A DNA stretch of 63,022 nucleotides, filler included, from Sluysia triapertura (lineage: Eukaryota), in assembly GCA_046118255.1 (NCBI GenBank). It is 5 parts of 5 records of this genome, joined end to end, with 100 filler letters (N's around TTAATTAATTAA, not from the genome) between each part and the next. Parts side by side here need not be neighbours in the genome. Positions count along the whole stretch, not along the records: positions 1 to 13,394 come from JBJNIA010042576.1; 4 more parts are not named here. One strand, written 5' to 3'. The notes under the pieces are model-generated. The model did not search any database. It was not told the DNA's origin and was given only the letters and a program-made list of their open reading frames with translations. Positions 1 to 13,494 of the stretch are shown here, piece after piece (within the stretch, counting starts at the first letter, position 1; each line of letters opens with the position of its first letter). Both the position numbers and the translations under genes were made by a program.

Positions 1-118
1 TTCTTATTTCAACAATGTTTATAATGTTCAATCCATCACTTGTACCAGTTTTTCCCTTATTTTATAATTTTACATATCTTCATTCATCTCCAGATCCTCA
101 GTTGGGTAATCCCAACAT
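1..118. repeat. Dispersed repeat, second copy at ~48591-48707
   Basis: ttcttatttcaacaatgtttataatgttcaatccatcacttgtaccagttttt...aatcccaaca aligns closely with ttctaatttcaacaatgtttataatcttcaatccatcacttgtatcagttttt...aatcccaaca. Confidence 0.85.
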
Positions 119-120
119 AG

Positions 121-800
121 TCAAGCAACAACAAAATTCCAGAAAATTTTTAAAAGTTTTAAAACAATTATCTTTGTGGTAAGATTGTAAAGAATTTAAA
201 ACCACGTACTAATGTAAGATTCTGTTATATTGGTAAAACTTGTAGTGCACAAGTAAAGCGAAGTTTAGAAATTCATTAAAGTTGCTGACGATTTGATTGT
301 AGTTTTACTAGAAAAGAAATAATGTCGGATAAACTGTTTTAGATTTAAGTAAATTAAGAATGTATCAATTTGAATATAAAGAATTGGAAAAATATCGTCA
401 GGAATTGTATTGTAAGATTGAAGTTACAACTGGTGATGCTGATAGTTTCTGTTTAAAATGCACAAATGTTAATTTAGATACTTTATTAAATGAAATGATT
501 GAATACGTCAAATCGCGATACAAACTATCCAATGTGTAGTACTAAATTTCAAGATATAATAGGTAAATTTAAAGACGAAAGTCAGGGTGAAGTAAAATAT
601 ACTGAATGGATATTCCTTATTATCTAGTTTTACTTAATACAATAAGGCCAAAGGAGTGACTTTGAAAGGTACCAACATGAGTCATCAAGAATATAAAGAA
701 TGTTTGGAAAATAGTATCATTTATTCTGTATGACAAATCAAAATTCACTCCCAAACCCATCAATTATATACAATCAAATCAAAGAAAATTGTGGCTTATT
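121..800 (+). mobile_element. Degenerate protein-primed family-B DNA polymerase (Polinton/Maverick- or adintovirus-like) C-terminal remnant
   Basis: Frameshifted translation gives, in the correct order, NNYLCGKIVKNLKPRTNVR (motif B, NNSxFGKTxEN), VG*TVLDLSKLRMYQFEY, GDADSF (DTDS motif C), IIGKFKDES, KAKGV, HQEYKECL and HQLYTIKSKKI, all typical of Polinton-type pPolB; multiple stops and frameshifts. Confidence 0.8.
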
Positions 801-2490
801 GAAACTATTTTCTTAAAAATGACAATGATGAATTTTATGATGACTGTTTATCTTTTTCTGATTTTGATGATGATTCTTAATAAATGTTTTTTTCTTGCCA
901 TTTAAGTTTTTAATATTACTAAATTTCTATACATGCGTTCAAGATTTGTAATTATATACTACAGCCATTGTCTATTATTCTTAAAATGTAATCATAATTA
1001 CGAATATATAAGTTTTGCAATGTTGATGTTTTTCTTTATTAATTTCAGATTTTAGTTTATTAAAATTTATTTTAAATTTGTGCAAAATTTAAGCAATGGA
1101 TCGAAAACGTTATAATAAGTTATATTTTAATTAATTTCCGAATTATGATTATTTTCTTTTAAATTATAAAATTTATTTCTCACTTATAACTGTTTTTACA
1201 GTTGTTTATAAATATTACTTGCTATATATATTAAATATATAAATCATTTAAAAATAGTAACTGAAAATAAAATATTGAAATACTTTTTATGATACTTTTT
1301 TATTTCAGAATAAATAAAATTTTAAATTAAATATTTCTTAATAATATGAATATTGCAATAATTAGCTATTTTTGAAAAAATACATTAATGTTGAAAACGT
1401 CAGACTAATTAAGTTTGTAATTGGATTTTGTAATTGCTTTATAATTTAGTTTACATATTCCTTTGTGGGTTCATTCAATTTAAAGCATTTAATTTGAAGT
1501 ATTTTAAAAATTACCCTTAAAAGAGTCATTTTTTTATTGTTTTTTTTGTTTCAAACATGTTCAAACTACTTTAAAAACAATATGTTTATTATTTATAGGA
1601 GAATAATTTTCATATTTATTATTTAAAATAAAATCAATATTATGTAATTTAAAAATAAAGTGAAATATTAAGATACCTTAGTAATTTTGATACATTCAAA
1701 AATAATGTGTTCAATTTTAGAAGTGAATGATGAAAATAAAAAGTGAAACTTCTCGGAATAAATTATCATGAAGAAAACATCGTAGAAACATAAGAAGCAT
1801 GTGATTTTAATTAAAAAAGATACGTAAATATAGATAAACCAATTCAAATTAACACCTAAGTAAATTGAATGTACATGAATGAATAAATAAATTAGAATAC
1901 GACCAAACTAATATTATAAGCAAAAAGTAACTACTATACAGAAGAAATTGGCCACTTAATTGAAAAATTAAAACAATAAATGAATATAATTATTGGTATT
2001 TTGGAAAAATTCTATTATAGTACTGACTTGTATGTTATTTTAATCACAAGTGTATCTAGTTTTAGAGAATTATGTGGTCCTAGACACAATTTTATTGTAC
2101 AATTAACATTAGAGTAAGCATATTATATAAATTGAAAATTAAATTAAATCTATAAAAATATTATTAAAATATGTAGAAAGTACGGCTGTATTCATATGTT
2201 ATTTTGTAAGCATTGATTATTTATCTTCTATGTATTTTAATAAATAAATGTTTTATTTTTTTTAGTCCAAATATTTACAGGGATTTGTAACTGGAACTAA
2301 TATTTTGCACTTCTATTTCTGGCAAGCTTGAGACGGGTTAGATGTATTCACGATAACTTATAATCATACGCCTAAATTCTGATAAATTTTTTCGTAAAAT
2401 AGCAATATTGAAAAATGTTACAAGAAGTAAAAACAATTGAAAATCAAATTTTTACTAAAATCGTAAAGTAAAACATAACTGATTATAATT

Positions 2491-2508
2491 TGGTGCCCAG
2501 AGTGAGGA
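2491..2508 (+). promoter_or_regulatory. LTR retrotransposon primer-binding site complementary to the tRNA-Met(elongator) 3' end
   Basis: TGGTGCCCAGAGTGAGGA resembles the reverse complement of the tRNA-Met 3' end (TGGTGCCCCGTGTGAGG); followed by a decayed gag-like stretch (~2600-2950). Confidence 0.5.
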
Positions 2509-4129
2509 CACCGTAATTTTTATAATGATTTTTTAATTATTTGCATTAAAAGCTTTTACATTTAGATAACATTTTTAATAGATAAAGGTGTCTGTTCAAA
2601 ATGGTGCCATTTATTAAAGTCTAAAGTGAAATAGAAATAATAGATGATAAAAAAGAGCAAAAAGAATGGATATAATAAAATTAAATATTCCAAAATCCCA
2701 AATGTAAGAATAGATATCGAAAATGAATCGTGCATTCATTAATCAAAATTTAAAATTGAAAAATATTCATGTAATGAATAAAAGATCTTAGGGTTTTTGT
2801 CAGAGTGTAACTAAAGAGCAAAATCTCTAGAACAAACTCAGAAAGAAAAGTGTCAGAAATTTGTGCCATATTTATCTGATCATGCTTCACATAATATTCG
2901 TTCCATTCAGCAACAATTATATTTGTAATTGACGTCTGTATAGTCGTACTATTAATATTTGTTAAATTTGAATAATTAAATATATCTGAGTAAGATACAT
3001 TCGATCATGAAATGGTCCCTATTATTCGATTTTCGAGTTCTATTACTATATAATTGAGCTCTTGGTACACGCACGACAAAGCAAAATATTCTCGGCAATT
3101 TATATTGAATGTATAATTCATAAGTTTAATTATAGTATTTTTTTCTCCTTGTTTAAGGAAAGGATTTAAAATATAACTCATAATATGATTAATATTTTTC
3201 TGGTAGTTTAAAGCTACTTTTGATTTAATATTAGGGAAACATAATTAAATTCTTATCTTTTAATGTATTTTTATATATCAGAAAAATGATTTTTTTGTAA
3301 CAAGTATTTAATAAATCTATATCTTCTAAACATCATTTTTATTAATAAAATCCGATTTATATCACAAAAAATTCATTTGTGAAAATGTAAAGCTGTAAGT
3401 CGTATTATGTATTACTTTTATCAGTACAAAATTGTTTAAGTAATATTATTATTAACAATTATTACAAAAGATGTTATAAAAATATTATAATCGTTACAAA
3501 TATTATTCGAAGTAATAAATTAATTAAAAATAAATTAAAAGCAAAACTATTAATTGATTACTTTAACATTGTATTAATTATTCTAATGGAAATTATTAAT
3601 GTAAACATTAATCGATTATTTTAAAAAGGCAAATTATTAATGGATTAATAAATAATGAAATTAATATTAACGGAACTAATGCATTTTAGCTAATGGAAAA
3701 TTATTTTTGAAATCATTTTAATGCATTTGTTTTTAATTGGATAAAAGTAATATAAATAGAGCAGCCAATTGTTAAGAGGTTAATAGTCGTTTCTAATTAG
3801 TTATTTCTATTCGTTTATAATTAGAAATAACTGTTTACGTTCATATAAAACGATTGTTGAAACAAATGCAAAAAAATTATTTACGTGATATCAAGTAGTA
3901 AGTTTAATTTATATAGCAGTGCAGACACTTAAATTATATAATAGTTAAAAAATCCTTATAAAATCCTACTTGTGGGGAGGGATTTTTTATTTTTAATTTT
4001 ACAACTTAAAATTAAACTTTGGCTTTTTCTTTTTTATGATAAAGAATTTATTAATAACGTTAAAATTTTCAATTAAAATGGAACAATTTACACAAAATAT
4101 AGTAACTATTAACAAAATAGGCTTACGGG

Positions 4130-5110
4130 ATTTTAAAAACAATAATTTGAATAATGAAATAACAAGATTGAATTTTGTTATATTAACAAGAACAAAAGTT
4201 ATGTAAATATAAATAATGTTAATAAATGGTAAATAAATAATGGTATATAAATAATGTTAATAAATGAAGCTGGATCAGAATTAATAATTTCTGATTCAAT
4301 AGAAACAGAGTTAGAAATTAAAGGACTGTTTCTTTGAATAATTCGATTGTCCTTTTAAAAATGTAATTATACGATAAATTTGTAACATAACTTATTAAAA
4401 AATGAAAATTTTGGTTTTATTAAACTAACAGGTTTAGTTATTGTAAAGTTTTTGTGACACTGATATAAACCATATTGTAGCATTGTAAGTACCACATATA
4501 CATCATCTATGATAGAGGTTTTTAACTTGCTTCATTCGTTATGAATGCATTTATCCATATCTTGATTCCAATAGAACAAGTAATAATATTTATAATACAT
4601 GATACAAAAATGTATTGACATAATGTTGCCACTATACTCACATCGAATTTTACACTAACTTTAGTTGTTGAAATTATATCAAAAAACAGATTCGAAAATA
4701 TAAACATAGTATTCTGCAAACTAGATATTAAACAGAAATTTCGAATAAAATGCATATAAGTAGTTTCTAAATCTAATTCAACTAATTTGTTTCTTAATAC
4801 AAAATCATGTTTATATTATAAGTAAAAAAAGTTTCCATATGAAATAATATCCTACCAAATTTTGAGCTATTACTGCCATTATTAAGCTAATATTTAAATA
4901 AAATTGAGCCATTAAATCATGTTGTACATCATTTTAAAAAAATCCATACTATATTGATAATAATATTTAATTATAATATTAACATTTTAATTTGAAATTA
5001 TTTTCTAAATTTAAAAATGTTTTCTCATCATATATTTTGACTTTCCGTATAATTGTTAAATTTATTTAGCGGTATAATTTTCTTTCAACTCATACTAGAT
5101 CTAAATATAC
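4130..5110 (-). pseudogene. Decayed intronless accessory gene (coiled-coil plus hydrophobic segments), paralogue of 6120-6880 and 39830-40240
   Basis: 4980-5105 aligns with 6750-6875 (ELKENYT...KSK); contains the hydrophobic ORF 4522-4755. Confidence 0.45.
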
Positions 5111-6119
5111 ATTTTTGGCAAAAATAGATATACACAAAAATCGTGGTAGAAATAGTGTTAAATTACAGTTAACATAATGATTCTCAATGTCATTCAATGA
5201 ATCTTCTCCAATAAATTTCCTTACTAGCATTTGATAAATTTGCTAGAGATTATAGTTGGATATACATATGAGAAAAGTCAAATACCAGCTGAACAATTAA
5301 AATGAAACAGGAGAAAAACAATCATAAAAATCCTTTTCTGGCAAATGTTAAATATACGACTCAGTAGTTACAGGCGCAACATCTTCCATAACTAATCAAA
5401 TTTTAAAAGAAGAGATTATACAGTGAATAATACCTCATTTTGGAACTCTAACATCCATGGTAGTAGATGAGGTAGACCTATTAGGAAAATTAAGACATAA
5501 ATTTACTATCACAGAAAGAAGTGTACGATGTAATCCAAGGATTTTGATAAATTTTCCATACGATATGATAAAAAGAATATGTCGACCTTAATGAACACTA
5601 CTTGAAAACTATTCTATAACGATGCGAAAGAACGCAATGTTAGACTATGGGAATATTAAAACCAATTCTAGAAAAGGCACTACCACAGAAAAATCTCAGA
5701 TGCATTTAAATCTCTAGAGAAAATTCCAAAAATTTGTTGTTCATTCAAAACAGATTAAAGCAACTTTTAAATAAATATTTAAAAGAATTCCTGTGACATT
5801 AGAAGCGCTTTAGTGACAAGACGTGCAATTTCACTAACGGAAAATAAGCGTATTAAATTATTGTCATATTCATTACCGTTCTATCATACTCAGATAATGT
5901 AGTAACAAGTACAAAAGGGCTTTGTGCGCTTTAAATTTCTTGATTTATTTAAACGATGATAGAAAGTTTTATTATATTTTTTAATTTTGAATAAATTACA
6001 GAGTTTAATTTTAAAAGAAAGTTAGCCAAAATTTTTATCATTGTTACATTGAAATTCTTAACATATTTAATTTGGCTTTATAAACAAAAACTTTAAGCTT
6101 AATGCCTTTAACAAACATT

Positions 6120-6880
6120 AACAAATTAACCGAATAAACAAATAATTTTGTATAACAATAAAAACTAAACAAAAATGTTAACAATAAACGTGCATAAAAC
6201 GATTAATATAAAATTGTATCTCAAGTACTCATTATACTCGACATATGATAAATACAATTTTGGTAAGTACAATTTTTACACTTAACAGTTTTATTATTAT
6301 TATTATTATTAAGCCATGGTCTATTATGTTGCAAACTTTCATAAATTATAACTTGTAAAATATGTATGAAAATTGGAATCAAATTAGTAATCCCTCCACT
6401 AGACAATTTTAGAATATGATACGTCACTTTTATTATAATGAATGTTATGTAATAAATCACTCCAAATGCAAATTCGTATTTACAACAAAAATTAGTGAAT
6501 TCTGTGAAATCTAAACCACATACAAGTATATAATGAATAAAATTGAAAAAGAATCCATTTATAATATATTAATTTTGAATTATTTAACTTGTTTGTTCTA
6601 TGCGGATAAAATTCATGTGGTCCAGAAGCAATAACTTTATTAGCATACATTTTACTACTAAGTTACCAATATTGGTTATTTTTACAAAGGTTTTAATTAA
6701 TATCAATTTATTATATTAATAAACATTATGAAATTATTATATAAGTAATTTTAATTTTTGAAATTACTTTCTACGTTTATCCAATTTCTCTTTTAATTCA
6801 TGTTTTGACTTTTCGTATAATAATTGTTAAATTTATAAAATGGTATAATTTTCCTTCAGTTCATCGTGGATCTAAACATA
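6120..6880 (-). pseudogene. Decayed accessory gene downstream of an LTR-like end (7248)
   Basis: Reads IHDELKENYT..QLLYEKSKHELKEKLDKRRK*FQKLK then hydrophobic ORF 6221-6460; the reverse complement of 6670-6815 matches 40095-40240. Confidence 0.5.
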
Positions 6881-7262
6881 ACTAACAGAAATAAAAATAA
6901 AAATAATAGATATACAAGAAACGATAAATAAACATATATACCAAAAGAAAGCAAATGAACAAAAACAATCGTAACAATAATAGTAATAGTTACAACAGGA
7001 ACAACACCGGTTATCACAATAAAGGCATTATTATAACAATTTAGTATTATTATGACAATAGTTATTATTATTGCGATAATAATTATGATTATAATAATTG
7101 CATAATTCTAGTAATTATAAATTATTACGACTGTGTTTATATTTTGAATTTATCGAGTAACTTATTTAGCAATTTGTTTATGTGAGAAGTGTTGATTTGT
7201 GATGAAATGTGTTTATGATTGTGATGTGTAGATTTAGAGTTCACTACACAAACTATAAAAAA

Positions 7263-8277
7263 GTTGGAGTTATTCGTCCAAGTTTCTCACGCTGTTCCCC
7301 TCTAGTAGTAAAAAGAAGGACGTCTCTCTGAGGTTTTGTATAAATTTCAGTAAATTAAAGAAAGAAAGCAGAGAAGACTAATATTTGTTACCTCGTATTA
7401 GTGACATGTTCAATAAACATGGAATTTCCAAATATTTTACGACATTCGATTTACGGAATAGATATTGTTAAATTGTTTTATCAGAAAGAGGTGAACATCA
7501 AACTAGATTTTCTACCGAAGAATGGTTATTTGAATGTAGAAAAAGTCTTTTGACCTCAAAGGTTCATTTTTTACATTTCAGCAATAAATTAATTTTGATT
7601 TATCATTATGTCCACATATAATGGTACAAATAAGCGACATTATTATGTACGCTATAGATCTAGATATTCACTTTAAAGACATTGAAGAAGTTTTTATTTG
7701 ATTAGAAATTAAACCAACTAAATATGAATTGGCAAGAGAAAAGATCATATTTCTAGGACATGTGGTACATAAACACAGAATTTTACCAGACTCGATGAAA
7801 ACTGAAAAAGTTAAATTATTTTCAACACATACTAAAGAAAATTCATAAAAAATTCGCGATTATAGCAAAATCTCTAATCTACTTAACAAAGAAAGAATAC
7901 AATAATATTAATTAAAAATTTCATTTGGCATGATACGCATGAAAAGGCTGTTCAATCATTAAAAATAACGCTTACTATAACTCCCATTTTATGATTTTCA
8001 GATGTAAAAAACCTTCGTACTTATGACGGAAACCAGTGACCTTATCAGTGGTACTAACTACATTTAGAGGAATCGATAATGTTTTTTCGGATTATCAAAC
8101 AAGGTGGTCTGAAACTTTTCCTATGCAAGATCAAATAGCAGAAACTGTTACTTAATTACTTGAAGAAATTATACGTCAATATAGAACTCTTAAAAAATTA
8201 TTTAAGTATTAAAATTCTTAAGTATTATCAGAATACACACATCACCTTATCACCAATGCAGATGAGCTTGTGGAAAG
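7263..8277 (+). mobile_element. Degenerate, internally deleted Ty3/Gypsy pol (RT-RNaseH-integrase pieces)
   Basis: GVIRPSFS..SPLVV, KKDVSLRFCINFSKL, LPRISDMF, KYFTTFDLR, ISDIIMY (YLDD site), FLGHVV, WHDTHEKAVQSLK.TL, and an integrase remnant (TSPYH...DELVE) at the end. Confidence 0.85.
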
Positions 8278-9130
8278 TGTATTGACCAACCCAATAATTA
8301 AGAATTTTATTGCAATAACTTATAACAAAATCACTATCTAAAATCTTATCACAACGTCTTAAATCATTTCCATTTCATACTCTATGACATTAAAATTACA
8401 TAACATCAAATTCACATTCAATATCGAAAATCACCAAAGACCTACTTATGAAATTTTACTCAAAACACCGCAAACAAATTCACATTCCATAACTCTCCAT
8501 TCACCTTTCATTAAAACCTTTCCACATTTTATCTCTTCATACTCACTAGAACTATTCTCATTTTTATACATCTTGAAGTACAAATTTATTTTATCAAAAT
8601 AACCTTTACATCCAAAATCATCAATATATTTAAAATGCAGTTAAAACATTTTATTCATAGTCACATAACATTACAGTCATAAGAACATCCGTTAATATTC
8701 TATAACTATTTTTTAATATATCATAAGTGTTGCTATACTTTACTCATTTCATATCCACCAAATTAGTCTCATTTCTAAACCATCAATATACATTCATAAA
8801 TAAATTGTCAATATTCAAATTAGAATTCCTTACAAAACCTTTAACGCATATTTTAAAGTTAGTTTTAAAAGAAACATTTTATTTTACTTTCTCACATTAC
8901 TAGAATTTTAACTACACAAATTTATCAATCTTCAACATTGTATCCACATTTAGACCTCGTACCAACTTACTAACATTTTAAAATATGTTAAAAAAATATC
9001 TAAAATTTAAAGAAAGATTGTATTTTTCTTATTCATAAAAAGATTTATGCTTTCCTTTTTTATTCTCCGTATATTATCATTGGTTTATTTTATTCATCAT
9101 TATCATTATTATTTTGTTGTAATTAACATT
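8278..9130 (+). mobile_element. LTR-like sequence of the strand-biased TGTRGTGRCCAA family
   Basis: Starts TGTATTGACCAACC, ~700 bp strongly A/C-rich, conserved AAGATTTATGC motif at 9040 then an (ATT)-rich tract; relatives end at 7248, 14855, 17445, 33051 and 51939. Confidence 0.6.
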
Positions 9131-9543
9131 GTTTATTGCTAATTGTCAAATGGTAGTAGCTACCCTCATTATTCTTTATTATAGCTATTTAATGTGCCAT
9201 CAGTCGACAGACATTTAAAATCATTTTTTTTGTGTTACTTCATTAACAATCGACTGATGACAGTTAACCATGTTTTCATGTCATTCTATTGTGTTCAATA
9301 CTTCCACACTATCTGTTCTGATTGGTTAGCCAGTGACAGTACACAAATACAATTACAAAATTATTGCTAATTAATAAAAATAGTTTACGAAACTTAGTTT
9401 TTTAATAAACACAGTAAAAGGTATCTCATTGAAAAATATTCATCATGTTTTTATAAAAGAAGTTTATAAGGAGACGTAACATTTACTTAGCATAAAAAAT
9501 TTATCAATACTATTTTAACTTCTGTAATATTAAACAATCAAAA

Positions 9544-10744
9544 ATGTCGAATGATGCACTTGAAGAGAATGATGCACTTGAAGAATGTGGAAATTTTAAC
9601 GTTGACTCTTATGTAAAACTAACTAAAACGAAATATAAATGTCATGAGCTTGCTACAATTTTCAACTTGATTAATTCTGATAAGATTCTCAATAAAGTAA
9701 TTGTTGTTTTACCCATTATGTATACTGAAATGGAATATTTGCCAAAAGCAACTCATGTTGAGTTTATATCAGCTTCGTCGTTTTATGGTAAATGTAAAGA
9801 ATTCAAAAATGCCATGATCGTTACTTCTATGCCTACGTTGAGGAATATAATGAGTTACATTAATCACGTGAATGTAGTTATTAAAAATATGACACAACTT
9901 GCTGGACTGTACACCAAATCAAGTGATGGGTCTTTCTTTAGTGATGCATCTAATTTAAGTTTCGAGGTTATACATAAATCAACTTCATCTTTGTTTTTTT
10001 TCTGAGATCAATTGATGCTATTTTTACAAATCCTACTATGTTTTTATGTGACTGGTAATCATCTAAGAGGATTGTTAACTATGCTAAACAAGATACAAAA
10101 AGATATGGTTAAATATAGAAAAGATTCAACCTTTTGAGATTTTATTGATAGATTTGGAAGTAAAACTAATGCAAAATAAAATTGTACTAACTCTAGCATC
10201 TGAATCAAGCAGTGATGATAAAGATAAACATAAAATAAGTTTTAGGAATTCTCAAGTATTTCATTATACCAAATTAAGAAACAAATGAAGTACAAAAATT
10301 ATGTTTAGCAATTTGATTTTGGATCAATCAAGAAATATCAATTCACTTCGTCTAGAACAAGACTACAGTTCATCGAATTTCGAAGAGTGTTATAAATTGG
10401 CTCTCTGCTCTTATGAAGCTAATCAAGAAAACAAATGCTCAAAGTTTGGAACCAAATGCAAGGATTTATATACAATCAATGAACTACAAGAATGTAACAT
10501 CGACTATATGATCCGATCGTGACATTACATTAGACTAAACGATTTGTTTGCGAGTATTGGTAGTCAAATTACAAAGACTGCTGATGGCGCTACTACAACG
10601 CTACTTCAAGGCATTAATGCTGTCAGTAACAATAAAGTAATAGTTCATAGTGTTTGCATTGAACATATTTTATTTTTATATTTTTATTTAGACGAAGAAA
10701 CATGTTCTCAAACAAGGTGGCATAAATCGGGATCAATATTTTAA
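9544..10744 (+). pseudogene. Frameshifted intronless accessory gene with CCCH-like zinc finger (paralogue of 15245-16220)
   Basis: ORFs 9544-10005, 10301-10522 and 10544-10744 are collinear pieces; C-x9-C-x6-C-x3-(Y) at 10406-10471; AATAAA near 10758. Confidence 0.55.
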
Positions 10745-10949
10745 ATTTAAATTTTATAAATAAAACTAGTAAAACTAGATGTTATAATGCCTTATTTTTT
10801 AATTTGTTAAAAGTAATGATGATTCTCATAATTAACTTAATAAAGAAATGTTGTAATTACAATAAGTTTTTATAACGAATTTTAAAGAATCAAATTTAAC
10901 AATCACTTTTAGTTTAATAATTTCAAATGATTATAATTACTTTCTTATT

Positions 10950-12360
10950 GATAAAACATTACAGAAAGTTTTAACAATACTTTGTTAAATATAGTGAAAA
11001 TGTATGTCAAGTGGATACAAAGATATTAAACATTATCAATTTTCATATAAAAAATGCTTTTCGTTCCAAAAAGACACATTTTTATGTAATGTCCAAAAGC
11101 CATAACAGTGTGCCAATTGACTTAGATCGGTCAGAATCGCAATGCATGGATAGTCTAGATCAGGGATCGCAACATATGGCCCACGAAGGGATTTTGACAA
11201 GCTTATGAAGGTATTTGGCGGGTCTGTCAAATAACGATAATAAATTTAATAAACAAAAATTGTTTTAATATTCATTAAAATTCAATATTTAAATTAACCC
11301 ATGAATTCAAATATCAAAATGAAAATAAATATCAAAAATAAAAAATACAGAAATATTTATGAATATGATCAAAGATATGGATAATGAGTTCTCATCTCGT
11401 TTTATTGACTTTCGCTTGCACGATGATGAATTCAAGCTTCTTGCTATTTCTTTTGATGTGGAAGCGTGTACTGTATCAAAATGCTTTCAAATGGAGTTGA
11501 TTGAAATGCAATGTGACGACTTATTGAAATTAAAATTTCACTCCGACGATGTCTCTTTGCTTGATTTATTCTAATGGAAAGTATCCTAACCTAGTGAAAT
11601 TCGCAAAAAAAGATGACACATTTGTTTCGAAGTACTTACCAATGTGAGCAATTATTTTCAAAATTGAAATATACTAAAAACAATTTGAGAACAAGATTAA
11701 CCAATAGTAATTTGAATAATGTTTTGTTGATTGATACCAAATATTGAAAAGCTTTCAGGTGACAAAGAACATCAAGCTTCCAATTAATTATTCAAATTTT
11801 GGATTTTTGAATAGAAAGGATTTTTAAAATATCTTGTTTATTGTCAAATTACTTGCTTATTATTTGTAGAACTAAAATATTTTAAAGAATCTTCATTGCT
11901 TTATTCATTTTAAAAATGCTTTAGAAAAAAAGCTTTTTGATAAGCTTTTTCTTATAATATTTTTAAGAACCCTTCGGCTTGACACTCTCTCAAAAAACGA
12001 AATCCAGCCCCACTTAGCCAAATGTTGCCAATCCCTGGTCTAGATTATTCTGAAATATTAAAATCTCGATTAAACAATGCATGGATTAAAGCCGAATTAA
12101 ATATAAAACAAATACATGTAAGAAAACATAAATGGTACTATGGTAAGAAAACTAAAGCTCACAATTTTAGTAGGAGACAATTTTAATTTATAATTCAATT
12201 TCTTAAACTGATGGGACCATTTAAAGTACAATTTGAAGTGATCGATGTTACTATTCTATAAATACTTTCTATAAATTTAGAAATAAGGTTAAATAAAAAT
12301 AATACGAAAACTAAAATCATTCATAAAATTAGATATAAAATGACGGTAAAAATTACTATT
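10950..12360 (+). mobile_element. Gypsy integrase C-terminal remnant, interrupted by a hAT element
   Basis: TESFNNTLLNIVKMYV (ERFNRTL-like) before the hAT; LKSRLNNAWIKAELNIKQ..KWYY..KLMGPFKV (GPY/F motif) after it. Confidence 0.65.
11161..12037 (+). mobile_element. Non-autonomous hAT transposon (Buster/Charlie/SPIN, GTF2IRD2-like transposase C-terminus)
   Basis: TIRs CAGGGATCGCAACAT / ATGTTGCCAATCCCTG; perfect 8-bp TSD GTCTAGAT (11153-11160 and 12038-12045, central TA); remnant EFSSRFIDF..FQMELIEMQCDD..KYPNL..STYQCEQLFSKLKYTKNNLRTRLT (hAT dimerisation domain). Confidence 0.93.
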
Positions 12361-13394
12361 TATAATCTACAATCTCAAATAAACAGCAATAAAATATGTT
12401 TATTGCAAACAAACATTTCAATTTTATCATTTCGTATTATTTGGAATTAGCTAGTGCATATAAGAATCCCGGTAAAACTTTGTAGAACTAGCTTTGCGTA
12501 TTCTGTTCATTAAAGAATAATTTTCACATGTATTGCATTATTGTAAACTCTCGTGCATACATAACTTTAAAGTCGAATTTTGCCATAATAATATAGTTAT
12601 TAATTCTCATAAATGAAGTTTTTAAATACTTAAATTGTGATAAAAATGTAACCATCGCATCAGTAGTATATTATACTATGGTAACCCCATTTCTTTAATT
12701 TCTTACTCTTTTAGTGATTTTCTTGCTACTACTTTAAAAACAGTTTGACATTTTACGCATAACGAAAAAGAAAACAAACGATTACGATGGCGCCCACTAC
12801 ACAAGAAACAATTTTACTCTTGAGAAAACATAAAATTTTTCAAAACCATTCATTACATAAAACATCCAAAAAATCTAAACCATTGGTATAAATGAATTAC
12901 AACCTAAAGTCATTGCACATAGACACACTTTACAATTTTTCATTTCATATCCTTCTCACTTTTATACATTCAAGATAATGACATTCTTTGTGAATTTCTT
13001 TCAATCCGACTATTCGGAACAATAAAACCATTAATGAATAGAAAATCATTTTGCACTCAGAAAAATCAAAACCTACGCAAAATAAGTATATGTGACTTCT
13101 AGTATTCAAAACAGCTTAAATTAAAATATTTCTGAGGTAGAAAGAAGTTTACCATTTTCTTAAATATATTAATCTTTTGTAAACTAATAGCGTTTACAAC
13201 TAATAACAATTACAAACAAACTTCAACACAAATTATTAAACAAACTACTCAATATATATAAAACATAAACACAGTCATAATAATTTCATAATCATTAAAA
13301 TTTTGTTTATTATTATATTCGTTATATTATTATATTATAACGAATCTGTTATATATTATCGTTGTAACAATATCTCATTTATTGTTCTTCTGCT

Positions 13395-13494
13395 NNNNNN
13401 NNNNNNNNNNNNNNNNNNNNNNNNNNNNNNNNNNNNNNTTAATTAATTAANNNNNNNNNNNNNNNNNNNNNNNNNNNNNNNNNNNNNNNNNNNN
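13395..13494. other. Assembly gap with TTAATTAATTAA six-frame-stop spacer (also 27608-27707, 40573-40672, 51531-51630; plain N gap 52103-52273)
   Basis: Identical 100-bp N44-TTAATTAATTAA-N44 blocks. Confidence 0.97.

Noticed and set aside
226-243. YIGKT as a GIY-YIG (Penelope) endonuclease motif
   Set aside because: It lies within the pPolB motif series and no other GIY-YIG or RT motifs are present.
4980-6880. Alternative genetic code (TAA=Gln or TGA=Trp) suggested by shared in-frame stops
   Set aside because: Intact genes in the window use TAA as stop; shared stops are explained more simply by decay before duplication.
13439-13450. TTAATTAATTAA palindrome recurring four times within N runs
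   Set aside because: Artificial scaffold spacer (stop codons in all frames), not biology; contiguity across these gaps is also uncertain.
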